Origin: Octopus vulgaris
Taxonomy: Eukaryota
NCBI GenBank assembly: GCA_951406725.2
Contig: OX597821.1
Coordinates: 66,526,001 to 66,590,000, forward strand
Reading direction: 5' to 3'
DNA: 64,000 nucleotides
Position numbers and translations under genes: made by a program. This document shows, in pieces, positions 13,276 through 25,633 of the stretch. Below the pieces are notes generated by a model, which was given only the letters and a program-made list of their open reading frames with translations, did not search any database and was not told the origin of the DNA. Within the stretch, counting starts at the first letter, position 1. Each line of letters begins with the position of its first letter.

Positions 13276-14299
13276 AGAAATATATATATACGCATGTTGA
13301 AATATGTATAAAATTATTTAAATACACCATAATATGTGTGTGTGTGTGTGTGTGAAGCAAAACTTAATGGTTTTGAAGGAACCGATTGAAAGAAAAAAAA
13401 TATGTACACCTGTAACCTTACACTATTTTTTTTATTTACATATTTTTGGTTATCCTTCTCTGCACATACTCTAATCCATGTATCACACGACGGCAAAAGA
13501 CCATCATATTATTACACAGAGGCATATGTCATATAATTATAGATAAACAGGAACTTTTTTTTTAAAAAGCCTGACTCTTCGACAGGCCAAGGTCATACGA
13601 TGTATAATAACAATGTAAACATCTCTCGATTTATAACAGAAATTAGAGCCCGCAAGCAAATATTTTTTCACAAGGATGTTTTAAACGCAACACTTATGTA
13701 AGCACACAACAATACATCGAAACGCAATTATATAATGTACAAACGCACACACTATGTATATATAATATATACACACATTATCCATGCATATATAATATAT
13801 ATACACAGAGCATTCATGCATATATTCACATATTTATGTATGTAGAAATGAATAAGTCCATGTATGCATATATATTGTTATATAAATTCAAGTAGAGGTA
13901 TATATAAAAAAAAAGCATCCGTTCAGTTTTATGATAATACTTTGCAGCCTCGGGTTTTATGCGTAATTGAGCCAACAAGCGTGATACAACGAAATCCAAA
14001 TAGTTTATTAAAGTATATACGTCATATAAATTGTTTGTGCAGAAGTTCCGGTAGAAAATTAAAATACAAAAAAAAAAAAATAATAATAATAAAGATGGAT
14101 AACTGTTTCATTAACGTTCTTAAGGATGAGTCTTTATCGTTTTTTTTTGTTTGTATCACAAATTTTGCCTTAAAGTATTATTCTAATATTGTTAAAATGT
14201 CACTAAAATTAGCAGATAATGATTTTCACATATGCCACTGTTACTAATAAAACTGTTTGTTATTTAACATTAATCTGACTTACCGTTTTAATTTCAAAA

Positions 14300-14660
14300 A
14301 GATACTCTTATAATACAATCAACCATATTTTAAACGAGGTTAAGACATCCTTGGAAAAATCCCTGATACTCCACCCCGTTACACCATATTCTCCCATCCC
14401 CCATACAAACGTCAAATGCGGACATACCTCCCGGCGTTTGAAATGCACAAGGCCAATAGAAGAAAGAACTCCATCAACATGAATCATTTAAATGTCAACT
14501 TTCAGAATTAGTAATACTTTCTCTTCTCAAAAGTACATCCTCTGCATAGCTAAGACCGCATCAGCAAAACAGGCCCTATTCTTCAGGATAGGAATTATTT
14601 CAGCTCCAACAGTTACTGACGCTTTACAAGGCTCAACAGAGTATTGCACCCTCCTCTGTT
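14300..14660 (+). pseudogene. Possible Penelope-like (Neptune-type) Zn-finger/GIY-YIG remnant
   Basis: PG..KC..R.. followed by TFRISNTFSSQKYILCI resembles FxIxxxFxCxSxNVIYCIxC upstream of the GIY-YIG YIG motif; very decayed. Confidence 0.4.
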
Positions 14661-14671
14661 ATAATCATACC

Positions 14672-14893
14672 TATTTCTTTACTACCCACAAGGGGCTAAA
14701 CACAGAGGGAACAAACAAGGGGATTAAGTCGATTATGTCGACCCCAGTGCGTAAGTGGCACTTAATTTATCGACCTCGAAAGGATGAAAGGCAAAGTCGA
14801 TCTCGGCGGAATTTGAACTCAGAACGTAACGGTAGACGAAATACCGCAAAGCATTTCGCCCGGCGTGCTAACATTTCTGCCAGCTCGCCGCCT
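14672..14893 (-). mobile_element. SINE family B, full length with TSD
   Basis: Complete head and tail; 10-bp direct repeat taatcatacc at 14662-14671 and 14894-14903. Confidence 0.92.
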
Positions 14894-15811
14894 TAATCAT
14901 ACCGCTACGCACACATGTTATAATCATACCGCTACGCACACAGACATTCTGGACCGCATTCACCGAAGTACCACTCAGTGAATTAGTATTTAATCACTGA
15001 CGGGCACACTCCAACCCTGGCTCCAGGCTTGCTATCTCTTCTCTCTCTACGTTTTTCTATCTTTACCATAAAGACCTAAGTTAATTGAAGCTTTCTAGAC
15101 ACTTATTTATACTAATTAAACTCCCCGACCATTCATCGTTTATTTCACATCGCTACCATTGACTCTAACTCCCTTGCTTATGTCTTTCTTGCTGGTTCTC
15201 AAATAGAACATTAACGGCATCAAAGTCATCAGTTTCGGAGGCACTACAGTAGCCATAAGCAATGCCCCTTCTTTCATACTGAAAAAATAAATAAAAATTT
15301 TGCCAAATCCAATCCTGAAACAAAATTATTTGAAACAGATGTTTCCTTCACCAGAGGAAGTTTTGTTAAAATGAATACAATGTAAATGTGACTGAAGGTA
15401 ATTTTTTTAAAAAGGTATAAGAAAAGGGAACACAGAAAATATAACTGGTATTATAGCTTTTATATAACATACATATGTTTCAGTAAGCCGATGTCGGTGG
15501 GCTGTTATGCAACGTAATCCAGCCGACCAATTCGCCAGCAGTTTTAGCTAAAGTTCAACAAAGTACAGACTGCTATATATTCCTGTATGCAAATAAGTAC
15601 TGTTAAATTATTATAGTAGAGAACAGCCGGCAAAAGAGGGGCGTGATGGGGTGGAGGGGGAAGACGATTAAGGCCATACCGCCCCATACAAACTTCAGTG
15701 GACCTAAGCACAACCACAAACGTTCACATAAGTACACACACACAAATACAGTCAGAATGAAAGAGGAGGGTAGAAGAATAGGATTACAGTCAATGAACTT
15801 ATTAAGAACAA

Positions 15812-16096
15812 TGTTTTGTTTCTTTGTTCCTTCTCGAGCCACGCCTGGCTCATTAGGGCCGGTTTCCCGGTTTCCTTGGCGGACGGGACGCCGGTCTGTC
15901 GCAGGTGAGCTGCAAGAGGAAAGAGTGAGAGAAAGTTGTGGCGGAAGAGTCAGCAGAAGTTCGCCATTACCTTCTGTCGGAGCCGCGTGGAGCTTAGGTG
16001 TTTCGCTCATAAACGCACACACATCGCCCGGTCTGAGATTCGAACCCGCGATCCCTCGAGTTCGCTGCTCTAACCACTAGGCCATGTGCCTCCACA
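15812..16096 (-). mobile_element. tRNA-derived SINE family C (tail type 1)
   Basis: Minus: gtggaggcacatggcctagtggttagagcagcg..gggttcgaatc; tail ..gaaaccgggaaaccggccc..tggctcgagaagg-aacaaa. Confidence 0.85.
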
Positions 16097-16139
16097 ACGA
16101 ATAACAATAATGTTGATTAAATAATAAGTGTAGAAGTTA

Positions 16140-16708
16140 CATGAATACACTATGTAGATATTATATTATAGTATGTTTCGTTGTGTTTGGTATAGTATTT
16201 TTATTGCTCTTTTTGTATAAGCATGGTGAACTAACGTGAGTGGATTGTACAAGTCCAATGTAAACTCTGGAGTTATGACGTTTACAACTTACAGTATTAC
16301 TATCGAATCTGTAAGTAACTTTTTGTCGGGCTTACATACCTGTGGTGTGCTATTGATTAGAAGAATTTTGCTTTTTGTACAATATAATTATGGTCAGGTG
16401 TGATGTATTTTGTGTTCCACTTTATGAGAATTTTGATTATATATTCGTCTGTTCGTTGTTTTATAAGTATTTGATTTGTATACTAAATTTCGTGTGTGAT
16501 TTGTGTACTTTTATTAAGTGTAGTCTTTGATGTATTTGCTGCATTACATTGTATTCTTATAAAGCTCCGTCTACAAGTCTGTTGAAATATCCATTATTAC
16601 TTTTTGTTGCTTAATATTTTTTTTGTCTGGAAACTTTTGACTGGTGCATTATTTGTGGACAGCGATACAAATGTGCTTCTGACGAGTTATTTTACAACGT
16701 ACATCTTG
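16140..16708 (-). pseudogene. Penelope-like element, C-terminal part (RT thumb + GIY-YIG endonuclease), decayed
   Basis: Minus-strand translation fragments NNGYFNRLVD (NNGYPxxxID) and VYIGL..xRLTM-like..AIK; continues the RT at 17578-18320 across the mariner insertion. Confidence 0.65.
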
Positions 16709-17577
16709 CACAGAGTAGGTTAAAAGAAAGAAGGCTTTAAAGATTGGTCATAAAATCCATATTCTTTTTACAAATTCATTGAAACAAATTATATATTTTC
16801 TTTTTTACATGGGAAAATGAAAGTAAATCTTCATATTTCATCGTAAGGTCCGGTGGCGTCAACCAGTTTCCTGAAGGACGTCGTTTGGTATATCATTTAA
16901 AACCTCCTGAATCCGTGTCTCCAAATCCTCCTGTCTGCGAGGTTTTCTCTTGTACATTTCCTCTTTTGTGCAAAACCTACAAGTAAAAGTCACATGGCGT
17001 GAGATCTGAGCTTCTTGGCGTTCTGGACTTCTGTGGTCACAACCTTCAGGCTTTAGCTCCTGCACGTAATGGGTTTTCCACGGACGAAAATTCAATTCTT
17101 TATGCAACACCGTACGTATTGTGTGTCTTGTTAGTCCACTTTCACGAGTTACTTGACATGTTGATCTTTGGAGGTTGCGATTAAACATTTCCTGCACTGT
17201 TGCCACGATCTCCGCTGATCGGGATGTGGTTGAACGGCCATTTCCTTCTTGCATCGTTCACAGAGCCCGTGGTCATCAGCTTTGCATGAGAGCTATTTAT
17301 TTTCTCCGGACGTAGTGTTGCACGATTACTATTCCATGCACGCCACCATCTCTGAACCAAAACAATGGAATTCCACACTTCATAACGTACCGTTATCTCA
17401 TCTCGTTCCTGAACAATCAAGCGACCGACCATCGGGAAAATAAGAAATAAGACAATAAGAAAATAAGAAATCCCCATTAGCGTTGCCTGTTTAAAACATG
17501 TTTTCGTCATGATTTCAGTGATACTAAAAGTTCTACAAGCAATTTCTAATGCCTAGTTACTTTCCACCCACCTTGTA
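16709..17577 (-). mobile_element. Tc1/mariner DNA transposon, internally deleted, inserted into the Penelope-like element
   Basis: MVGRLIVQERDEITVRYEVWNSIVLVQRWW HTH; GSVND..R; RSSDLTPCDFYL*G motif; most of the DDD domain missing; decayed TIRs cagagtaggttaaaag / ctttccacccaccttgta. Confidence 0.85.
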
Positions 17578-18320
17578 GATGTGTGGGCATTCACTCTCTT
17601 CTTGCAGGTATATGCCTTGGTTTGAATCTTTGTTGAATACCGACCAAATGCATCTGATCATTTTTTTTCAAGCTCTGTATATCTCTAGAAAAGAAGCCTC
17701 ATTGCTATTATCCTGCACGTTAAGTTTTAGTATGAAGTTCTTTTCTAAGTATTCTTTTGGTTTCTCAACGTCCTCTACCACATTGAGTGCTATGTATAAA
17801 ATATATGTATACATGTTTTCTCATCGAAAAATGAACTGTATATAGATATTGTATACAACTGAAATGCTATACGAATTTGAAAAAAAACACGTGGGGCACA
17901 CGGAGCCGATTTACACATTTCCCCTTGGCACTCTTATAATATCCACTATTATAAATGTTTCTTCGAAGTATCTAATCTTTATGTTTTGGTTTAATTCACT
18001 TCTCCATCGTGCATACGCCGAATGCTGCACAAGTAGGCCCAGGAGTGGAACCATTGGCTTCACTGTATACTTGTTTGTCAAAATCATTTTGTGGGCAACA
18101 AATTTGCTTCAGCTGTAGACGTCATGTGTAGCTTTTTTAAAAAAGTTTGCAGTTTAAAAGGAGTAGCTTCATCTTTGTGCGTTTATACAGATTCACTATG
18201 ATTTCTATCATTTCTGCCTCGGAGACGGTGAACGAACTTTCTACATCTAGAAGCATGGTGCCATGGAACTGAATTCTCCTAAAAACTTGTAAGAATTCAT
18301 CAGATGATCTTATATTTTAA
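17578..18320 (-). pseudogene. Penelope-like element reverse transcriptase, decayed
   Basis: IRSSDEFLQVFRR..MLLDVESSFTV..EMIEII (SLDVESLFTNVP); Q..ANGSTPGPT (AMGSPLGP); LKLNVQDNSNEASFLEI (FT.E..LPFLD); GIYL..ESECPHIYK. Confidence 0.75.
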
Positions 18321-18439
18321 TTTTTCTGTTATGTACTTTTAGATAAAGCTGCTTAATTCGTTTGACGATTAAATGTGTTGGCGCATTATTAATTTCGGAT
18401 ATTACACGATACAAAATTATAAAATTACACGATGAACAC

Positions 18440-18487
<48 letters not shown>

Positions 18488-18704
18488 TATAAGGATCCAT
18501 GAAGAATCAGGCATATCAACATGAAACGCGTCACTATCTGGCAAGCAAGCAATAATCCCACAGAGCAGACAGAGAATTAATCCATTATCAGCGCAGAAGT
18601 CATTGAAGAAATTAAGGCTCTGTTATGGAATAATCCTTAATTCCACTAATATGTTATCCTTGAGTGACGACTTCTTGTTTGTTTAAAGTATCGTTATTTT
18701 CATT

Positions 18705-18781
18705 ATCAGAGGAGGCTCTCAATATTAACAGTGTAGTAAAACGGCGGTGCCCCAGCATGGCCGCAGCTCCGGACTGAAACT

Positions 18782-18838
<57 letters not shown>

Positions 18839-19010
18839 TGAGAGCCTTCTCTGATATGTGGCATTTGGTGAATAAGGGTGTTTGATGTCGCTACCCTCTT
18901 TCGCATCTTGCCGCGAGGTAGGTTCATCTAGGACTCTCGACAGGAAGAGGTCCAGTTTTGATTTGGAAATACATATATCCACTGTGTGTAGGTCCCTTAG
19001 GCTCTTTGGG

Positions 19011-19015
<5 letters not shown>
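18705..19015. mobile_element. CR1-group LINE 3' end in two oppositely oriented pieces around (TA)n
   Basis: Minus 18838-19015 reads SKSKLDLFLSRVLDEPTSRQ / ATSNTLIHQMP (FKxxLDxFLxxVPDxP..SNSL); plus 18705-18785 repeats tcagagRaggctctcaatat then the ggcggtgccccagcatggccgcagc tail. Confidence 0.6.
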
Positions 19016-19041
<26 letters not shown>

Positions 19042-19200
19042 GGATATTTGCTGGTCACGTTACCATTATTTTTTAAAGATAACTTGAAATTTGAATTCAT
19101 ACTTGCTCACTAATGTTCGTTTGGAAGTCGTGGGGCCTTCAGCTGAACTAACGCACACGGAAGGGAAAATATATATTTAAAAAATAGTTTACGTAGTAAG

Positions 19201-19260
19201 CCTTGCTGACGAGCTTTAAGTGTCAATTTGACATAGAAAGCGAAATCAATTGATACTGGG
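19201..19260 (+). ncRNA. Type-I hammerhead-ribozyme motif with canonical core
   Basis: CCUUG-CUGACGA(19206-12)-GCUUU..UGUCA/UGACA hairpin..AAAGC-GAAA; stem III perfect palindrome AUCAAUUGAU (19245-54); predicted cut after A19255; CUGGG pairs imperfectly with CCUUG. Confidence 0.7.
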
Positions 19261-19429
19261 ATTTCTACACTGCTGTTTGTAGATTCACAAACTGGATGAA
19301 CCGTTTGTCTAAATATATTTGATACATTCTCCGTGCGTGTTTACATATAATGAGAGAAACGTGGTTTTGAAGAATTTTATTCTTCTTAACGCTAATGATG
19401 TGGCTGCGCGTGTATCGTTGGCGATTTTC

Positions 19430-19598
19430 TTTCTCTCTCTTCCCTTCCTTGGACTTTTCCTTTTCCTATGTTTCTGACGATGACTTCCGCCCGAAACGTT
19501 AAATCCTCCTTCTTTCTTTCCTTTCCCGAGCATCCAATAACACTATACTTGCTCCAGGTCCTCGCGTTGTTGTGGTTTCTCTTTGTTCATGTTTGGAT

Positions 19599-19605
<7 letters not shown>
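19430..19605 (+). mobile_element. (TA)n-flanked short element related to 5730-5930, decayed hammerhead-like motif
   Basis: uuu-CUGACGA-ugacuuccgccc-GAAACGUU-aaa at 19471-19503; downstream gtcct..gcgttgt..ttt similar to reverse of 5740-5800. Confidence 0.5.
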
Positions 19606-19649
<44 letters not shown>

Positions 19650-19862
19650 GCGGAGTAGATGAAACAAGGACAACTGATGAAAGGGAATATTCTTTATGTT
19701 GCTATGTTTCGTTTCTCGTTTCTATCTTTTTGTTTTTATGTTTTCGTTTCTCATTGTGTTCAACGTATTTTTGATGTCCTGTACCCATATATGCATGTAT
19801 ATATACATATATATGTAGGTATGTACATATATATATATGTATATATGCATATATTGATATAT

Positions 19863-19938
<76 letters not shown>

Positions 19939-20540
19939 CACAAACAGACACACACACAGATACATACCTACATATATGATGTATACGATGTTGTGTATGT
20001 ATGAGTGAACGTTTATTATTGTGGTTCTGTGTATGTACATATATGTGTGTGCCTATAGAGATAAATCACCCTCTACCCTCCGCTTATAACGAAATGCTTC
20101 AGATATTTAAAGGAGTATGTAGGAATTAGTTTTGGCAAAGTATAGCTAGATAAACATTGATATATGTGACTAGCCACACCTAACAATTAATATCAATTGA
20201 ACATCACCACTATATTTTTATATAACTGGCTCTGTGGTTAAGGCGTTTAATTCATATGCATGCAGTGAGATGTTTCATGGCACAGTGCGGCACTTTTGGC
20301 ATAATTCCTATATTTCGATCCTGAATGGAAGCAGTTAAACTGAAAATCTACAGAAATCCGTTGTATCCGACGACGATTAACAAGGCGAAACGTTGAAGTC
20401 GCCATCAGCCTTCTTGTAAATGAATGATAAATACAAGTTCTGCAAAACTTACTGAGTAATATTTTAGTTTAACGCATTAAAACTGCTTAATTTTCTTATT
20501 TATAGTTTTTGATTTGTCAAATGTTTTAGGAGCTACAACA

Positions 20541-20601
<61 letters not shown>

Positions 20602-20605
<4 letters not shown>

Positions 20606-20783
20606 GGTCCCGGGTTGATTCGGGGTTAACCACAGTAAGTAAGGTACTCAATACATAGCAGAGTAAAATTAATTTATTATATAGAAGGAGCTTCTACAGG
20701 ACTAGTACTGTTTCATTCAAGAGAAATCTTCAGGAAGCTTCCTGAAGATTTCTCTTGAATGAAACAGTACTAGTCCTGTAGAA
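20602..20783. mobile_element. (TA)n-embedded element ending in a 92-bp perfect palindrome carrying mirrored hammerhead-like motifs
   Basis: Palindrome 20692-20783 centred on aagctt; CUGAAGA-U-UUC-UCUU-GAA-U-GAAAC-AGUACUA-GUC; near-identical reverse copy at 46581-46699. Confidence 0.75.
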
Positions 20784-20884
20784 TTATATAATAAATAAAT
20801 ATATATATATATGTATGTATATATATATATATATATACATACATACATATATATACATACATACATATATATACATACATACAT

Positions 20885-20915
<31 letters not shown>

Positions 20916-20923
20916 CATACATA

Positions 20924-20956
<33 letters not shown>

Positions 20957-20963
<7 letters not shown>

Positions 20964-21302
20964 GTGAAGGGAAGAAATGGAGCTGAACGAAGATTCTACA
21001 TGTTTCAAAGGCCGCAAATTTCCAAATTCGGATTGAATAAGGAGACCATTTTGCAGTTGGAAATTTGCGGCCTTTGAAACATGTGTAGAAAATAATAAAA
21101 GGAATTCTGTAGAATCTTCGTTCAGCGCCATTTCTTCCCTTCACTAAATATATTAAACTTCAATTATCCGCGCTAAGGCACGGTTGCGACACCCCATGGT
21201 CGTAACTTCAACCGTGTTTTTTCTGTTGTGATTTTTGCTACCCAGGTATCGGTTAAATTTTGAATAATCCGTAACAAGATAATTCATTTATCCATTTCAA
21301 TA

Positions 21303-21305
<3 letters not shown>
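20957..21305. mobile_element. (TA)n-embedded element with nested inverted repeats
   Basis: 20957-21001 pairs with 21108-21152; 21000-21026 pairs with 21058-21083; GAAACAUGUGUA 3' half-motif. Confidence 0.65.
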
Positions 21306-21350
<45 letters not shown>

Positions 21351-22046
21351 AAATACTATATATATATATATATATATAGTATTTCAATTTTCTTCTTATG
21401 TAAATTATTTGGAAATTATGACAAATTTTCGAAAAGTCCCAAATGGAGATCGCTGAAAAAAAAAAATTATCCTTTTCTATTCCATTGCAATAATAAACAT
21501 GTTTTTGAGACTATAGTATCAAGTGCGAATGTGTATGAAATATCAATGAATGATATAGATAGGAAATACAAAAAGAAAAAAAAAAACCCTTTTCAAAGCA
21601 GTCAATATTTTTGTAGTTCAAAAATTGCGATTTATGACATAAAATGTCCTCTAGAATTAGCCAGAGCTAATAATGACAAACTTTAACTACTATTGTTAAA
21701 CACACCTCCGCAAATACAACGGACAACCGGCAATGCAACTATTTTGAGCAGATTCTCAGATGGGGCTCATGGCAGGCAATGGGTTAATGATAAATTGTTT
21801 TTATTATAATTTGACAGAAGCGGTGTGTAGGATCGTTTGCATGCCGTATAAAATCCTTTGGGGTATTTGGTCTGTCTATGTTCGGTGTTGAAATTCGACC
21901 GAGGTCGATTTTTCGCTTCATCCCTCGACATCAATGAAATTACGATTTGAGAATTAGGGTCGATGCCCTTCAGCCTTTTGTAGAAAGAATTACTTCATGA
22001 CATGAAAATAGACACTAATATATATGTATATATATATATATATATC

Positions 22047-22173
22047 GGTGGAACTCCGTCGGTTACGACGACGAGGGTTCCAGTTGATCCGATCAACGGA
22101 AGAGCCTGCTCGTGAAATTAACGTGCAAGTGGCTGAGCAATTCACACACACGTTGTAACCGACGGAGTGCCAC
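22047..22173 (-). mobile_element. 3' tail fragment of SINE family C (tail type 2) with short terminal inversion
   Basis: Reverse complement of 56640-56737; gtggaactccgtcggttac at left mirrored by gtaaccgacggagtgccac at right. Confidence 0.75.
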
Positions 22174-22493
22174 GATGTATACATGTGTATACACGACCGG
22201 TTTCTGCACAGTTTCTGTCAACGAATTATACTTGCAAATCATAAGTGGGCCCGGGACTATAGAAGGAATCATTTGTCCAAAACCTCACATTGTAGAACGG
22301 AATACGAAGAATTTGATCGCAAAACGAAGGACTTCACCTCAAACCGACATCTGCACCTTTATTTCTCTCTTCATTTCATTCATTCATTCTTTCTTTCTTT
22401 CTTTCTTTCTTTCTTATACTTTTCTACTTTTCCCCTCTTTTTACAATTCTCTCTGTGTCTCTCTCTCCCTGTCTGTCTGTGTGTTTCTCTCAC

Positions 22494-22775
<282 letters not shown>

Positions 22776-22994
22776 TATCTACCCGTCTGTGTGTATTGTT
22801 ATCTATCTTTCTATATCTATCTATTTATCTTGCTATCTTTCTATCTATATGTATACACAACCACATACACAAAAACACTCACATGTATGTATGTGTGCGT
22901 CGTTGCATTCGTGTTACACCCATTGAAAACTGGTGCTAGATACAGTTCCGTAATATGGCGGTTTAATATAACAGAAATGACTAAGTCACTACTT

Positions 22995-23280
22995 TCTTTT
23001 CTTTATTCTTTTACTTGTTTCAGTATTTATTCTATCGGTCACTGGGAGGTGATTACACCAGTCTCGGTTGTCAAGCGATGGTGGGGGGGACAAACACTTA
23101 CACACAAACATACACACAAACACACATACACATATATACGACGGGCTTCTTTCAGTTTTCTTCTATCAAATCCACTCACAAGCCTTTGGTCGGCTCGATG
23201 CTACAGTAGAAGACACTTGTCCAACTTGCCACGCAGTGGGACTGAAACCAGGACTACTAACCATACAGCCACTTCTGGCG
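22995..23280 (-). mobile_element. SINE family A
   Basis: Reverse complement of family A; an oppositely oriented tail fragment follows at 23285-23355. Confidence 0.85.
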
Positions 23281-23742
23281 TTAATTTGGTCGACTAAAGC
23301 GTAGCAAGGCAGCGCCTCAGCATGGCTGCAGTCCAATGACTGAAGCAAGTAAAAGTATCAGAAAGAAAGAAAAATGGAAGGAAGAGAGATAGACTGATAG
23401 AAACCTACCTTTCGAGAAACACAGACAAACTTAAAGAGGCGGTGCGTGGCATTTTATTTATTCCTAACATGCCTATATTCGTATATGCTCTAATTAATGA
23501 GAACACGATCTGGTTTTACGAGAATATTATATGTCTAACGCAAAACGTATAATTAATATTTTTGATGTGAAATGTACTCATTAGAATTAATACTAATTAC
23601 TAAACTGTTCTTCTATTATTGCATTGATTTTGTTATTGTTGTTGCTGTCCGTGTGGTTGTGTGTATGTACGAGGATGTACACAGTAGTTGTGTAAGCTAA
23701 TAACCACATTTTTTCTACCAGTATATCTCTGCAAAGCCGATG

Positions 23743-23792
<50 letters not shown>

Positions 23793-23984
23793 TTATATAT
23801 ATATGATAGATCGGTAGCAACTAGACACAGTTTTCTCTCTCCTTGTTTTTTCTGTGTTCCTTTCTGTGGAAGAGCGTAGGCTCGAAACGTAAAAAACTTT
23901 TTCAATTCCCGAGCGTTAAACTAATACGTCTATTTGTTGTTTACACACCCGTCTTCGACTTTTGTTTTTTTCGTGAATTCTCCC

Positions 23985-24109
<125 letters not shown>

Positions 24110-24290
24110 GTTCAGTAGAATGTAGTGAACGTTTTGAATCATGAATTATTTGTGAAGGACTTTTACAGAGTTAGAATTTTTTTGAACATTTGTTTTTCCA
24201 ATTGGCTGATAACACAGACATAGATTTGCCTAAATGCATCAATAAATTAACATTGATATTTTGTTTTTACCGTTGTTACAATCAACTGAA

Positions 24291-24415
24291 ATGGAACTGT
24301 CAAAGCGCGATACTCGAGCAATTTTGCTATTCATCTTCAAAAAAGAACGTAAAGCACTCCAGATTTTTAAGTTACCAGAATAAACAAACTAGTAACTCGT
24401 TGGCAAAAATGTCTT
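24291..24415 (+). pseudogene. Mariner transposase N-terminal remnant
   Basis: MELSKRDTRAILLFIFKKERKALQIF resembles the Mos1/SETMAR-type HTH start (R..LLF.FKKG..A). Confidence 0.45.
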
Positions 24416-24532
24416 GATTGTAATGGAACTTACTTTGATGAATAAAATGTCTGCATTGTTGAAATATATTGGGATGAATTTCATATTTCAAAACGTTGCT
24501 TACTTTTTAATCAACCTGATATATATCTTTAA

Positions 24533-24757
24533 CCCTTTCAACCTGGAATTTTTTCTCAAGAATTTTTTCTCAAGTCGGTAACGGCGTGGGGTTTGTACGC
24601 ATGCGATCCCTATTGAGCTGTCATTATAGCGCCATATACTTTGATCATACGTCTGGTGCAACATGCTTACCAGAAAAACCGGAGCGCTACTATACTGCAT
24701 CACATAGGCTGTAAAATTTTTGACTGGTACAAATGTGTACCAGTCGGGCTGAAAGGG
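24533..24757. mobile_element. piggyBac-type MITE
   Basis: TTAA|CCCTTTCA ... TGAAAGGG|TTAA; subterminal hairpin gactggtaca/tgtaccagtc. Confidence 0.85.
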
Positions 24758-24761
24758 TTAA

Positions 24762-24960
24762 GGCGAGGCGGCTGAATCGTTAGCGCGTCGGGTAAAATGC
24801 TTAGCGGCATTTCGTCTATTTTACGTTCTGAGTTCAAATTCAACTTGGGCGTTATTCCTTTCAGAGTCGATAAATTAAGTGCCAGTCCAGCATCGGAGTT
24901 GATGTCATTGACTTAAGCCCTCCCGCTCTAAAACTCCGGGTATTGTGCCGAAATTTAAAC
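24762..24960 (+). mobile_element. SINE family B
   Basis: Family B head and body. Confidence 0.8.
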
Positions 24961-24961
24961 G

Positions 24962-25413
24962 TATTCTTTTACTTGTTTCAGTTATATGACTGTGACCATG
25001 TTGCAGCACAGCTTTGAAGGGTTTTAGTCTAACAAATCGACTCCAGGACTTATTTCTTAAGCCTAATAGTTATTCTATCTTTCCCTATTTTTGCCGAACT
25101 GCTAACTTACTAGTACGTAAGCACACAAACACCGATTGTTAGGTGGTGATGGGGGGACAAACACAGACACAGACACACACACACATAGACATATACATAT
25201 ATATGTGTGTGGGTGTTTGTGTATGTATGTGTGTGTGACTGTGTATATGTATACGACGATCTTTCAGTCTCCGTCTTCCAAATGCACTCAGACGGCATTG
25301 GTCAGCTGAAGGCTATGATGGAAGACACTTGCCCAACGTTCCACGCGGTGGGACTGAAACCGAAACCATGTGGGTGGGAAGCAAGCTCCTTACCTTACAG
25401 CCACTCGTGTGCC

Positions 25414-25415
<2 letters not shown>
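24962..25415 (-). mobile_element. SINE family A
   Basis: Reverse complement of family A. Confidence 0.85.
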
Positions 25416-25448
<33 letters not shown>

Positions 25449-25466
25449 GTGCACACATACATATAT

Positions 25467-25497
<31 letters not shown>

Positions 25498-25590
25498 CAT
25501 ACATACATACATATATATATATATATACACATATATACATATATATATACTTTAATTATATATATATACATATGTATATATATATGTATG

Positions 25591-25633
<43 letters not shown>

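Noticed and set aside
16672-16712. CUGACGA hammerhead candidate
   Set aside because: No GAAA after stem II, and it lies antisense within the Penelope ORF.
19672-19705. CUGAUGA-AAGGG-AAUA-UUCUUU in a (TA)n-flanked element
   Set aside because: 3' core GAAA absent; at most a half motif.
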